Source of the DNA: Lytechinus pictus
Lineage: Eukaryota
DNA: 64,000 nucleotides
NCBI RefSeq assembly: GCF_037042905.1
Contig: NC_087252.1
Span: 8,868,001-8,932,000, forward strand
Reading direction: 5' to 3'
Below the pieces are notes generated by a model. The model was not told where the DNA came from. It ran no database searches and saw nothing but the letters and a program-made list of their open reading frames with translations. Positions 62,409 to 64,000 of this stretch are shown here, piece by piece; positions within the stretch are counted from its first letter, which is position 1, and each line of letters begins with the position of its first letter. Position numbers and translations under genes: made by a program.

Positions 62409-64000
62409 CTGTGTGATGTAAGATCGAGAAACGATATTTATCTGTCAAAATACGAGTTTGGTTACACTCTATAACTATAATATTATGGCATGAAATATCG
62501 TAATTCATTCTACACGCACAAGTCTGGAATGCCAAAGTTATTTGTTCCCCCATCTGTATCTCACATGACTGTCTGCATAAAGCGGAGTTTACTTTCCCTT
62601 GTTCACTGTTAAATTGTTTCTAAATTGTTTTGTTTCACTTTGTTTGAAGTGGGAATCAGAACAAAACTAATTCAATTGGTGTTCACAATTCTAACATTAT
62701 AAATTGTGTTCAGTCAATATTGATATTTTGATGTAAAAGGATGAATGATGCATAGGCTAACCATTTAAGGTACGGATTTGTAATTGAATATTGAAAAAAT
62801 TTAAACACATGCACATCAAAATAGCATAAATCATTTGCTGGACCCACGAATTGAGTTTTCTCCCTTGCTTTGATAAGTTCGTTCACCTCACCACGTGGCA
62901 TATAATTGCCTCGTTTGTAATTGCTAAAAATAATCTGCGTCATATAGTCTACGAACCATATATAGAAGATATGAATATCAATGTGACCCGCCTGTGGGCA
63001 AGTGGCTTCATATAGGAAACATCGTTGACAGGCAATTATGGTAGCGCAGCAAATAATTCAGTTTTAATATGCCTCTTACAGTGTGCATACGATCTGTTTT
63101 TACCCCACTGGTCCATAAAGTAGTGGATACTCTAAAATGACTGTTAAGAAAACACCATTTAAATGAGACATTAAACCTATTCTGAAGACTCTTCGAATGA
63201 CTTGGTAATGAATATCAATTTTAAAATAAAAATACATTAGTCTCGGATTTATGCGAGAAAAGGAAACACTACAAATCGGTAAGGTTTCAGTTACAAATTA
63301 TATACATGTACCAAGTGTATTGTGCCTGGTGATTATTAATAGGTTAATAACAAAGAACAAAAGAATTGCAAATTTATGCAAAACATTATGTGATAATGTG
63401 GGAAGGGTTTGCCCAGAATTTATACAAAGCTACAGTTCTTTTGCTGTAAGGTAGAAATACCTAGAACACCATTCGCAATTGCCGAATCAGGTGTTCCTAG
63501 AACGATGTGCAATGATGTGACCACTTTAGTATTATAATGTGTGGGCAATAAGGAACGTGCTCGTCCCCTAGTCAGCAGCTAGTGTTAGATAAATAGTAAA
63601 TATAGGGCCATGCATTGCTATGTGAAGGACGTCGTGTCTGAGGGCTTCTTATAACACTGTCTATACAGGATGCAAATACCTATGCGTCTTGCCATGATTA
63701 GCGCGTGCATTTTGAGGCTAGGTTTCAGAAAATCCGCTAAAACATCCTTGTCATTGGCAGTTAAAATCAATTCAACACAAGCCAGACAGTATCGCAGGTT
63801 GTTAGGATGCCCCCAAACACCCACGAAATAGGCTAAAGGAAGTCAAGACTAGAAAGACCACGGACGGAGGGTGGAGCCCTCAGCACCAACCCATGACGCA
63901 TACTTCCTCGCATACTCTTTGGTATGATCACTATGAGTTGTGGGTAGGGTATACAGCGATTATGTTTTGGGAATAAAGATAGTACCAGGCACCTATCCCC

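Noticed and set aside
63618..63840. Merlin/IS1595-like WVFGG motif on the minus strand
   Set aside because: A single short motif followed by stops; no other transposase motifs or TIRs seen.

Overview
AT-rich, intron-rich animal genomic DNA. It is probably an invertebrate deuterostome such as a sea urchin, inferred from the repeat types and not proven. Most short ORFs in the supplied track are noise. Two genes are supported, both on the minus strand. The first is a 5'-incomplete receptor tyrosine kinase (Ig - FN3 - Ser/Thr/Pro stalk - TM - RET/FGFR-like kinase). I assembled it by hand as 15 GT-AG exons (62408 to 38451) in one continuous frame; a diverged copy of its last exon plus 3' UTR lies 8.4 kb downstream. 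The second is represented by two phase-1 Sushi/CCP exons (11154-11354, 2141-2353). The intron between these holds a full-length I-group LINE (CCHC ORF1; APE-RT-RNase H ORF2; one frameshift in each ORF; (AAC)n tail; 9-bp TSD) inserted in a small MITE. The most striking structure is a nested stack of CA...TG, 8-bp-TSD (P-like) elements at 14.7-29.1 kb. Two different 4.8 and 6.7 kb elements have each inserted at exactly bp 26-33 from the same terminus of two copies of a ~1.2 kb MITE, although the 8-bp target sequences differ. The rest of the window is MITEs, Helentron/DINE-like elements with tandem arrays, SINE/LINE fragments and microsatellites.
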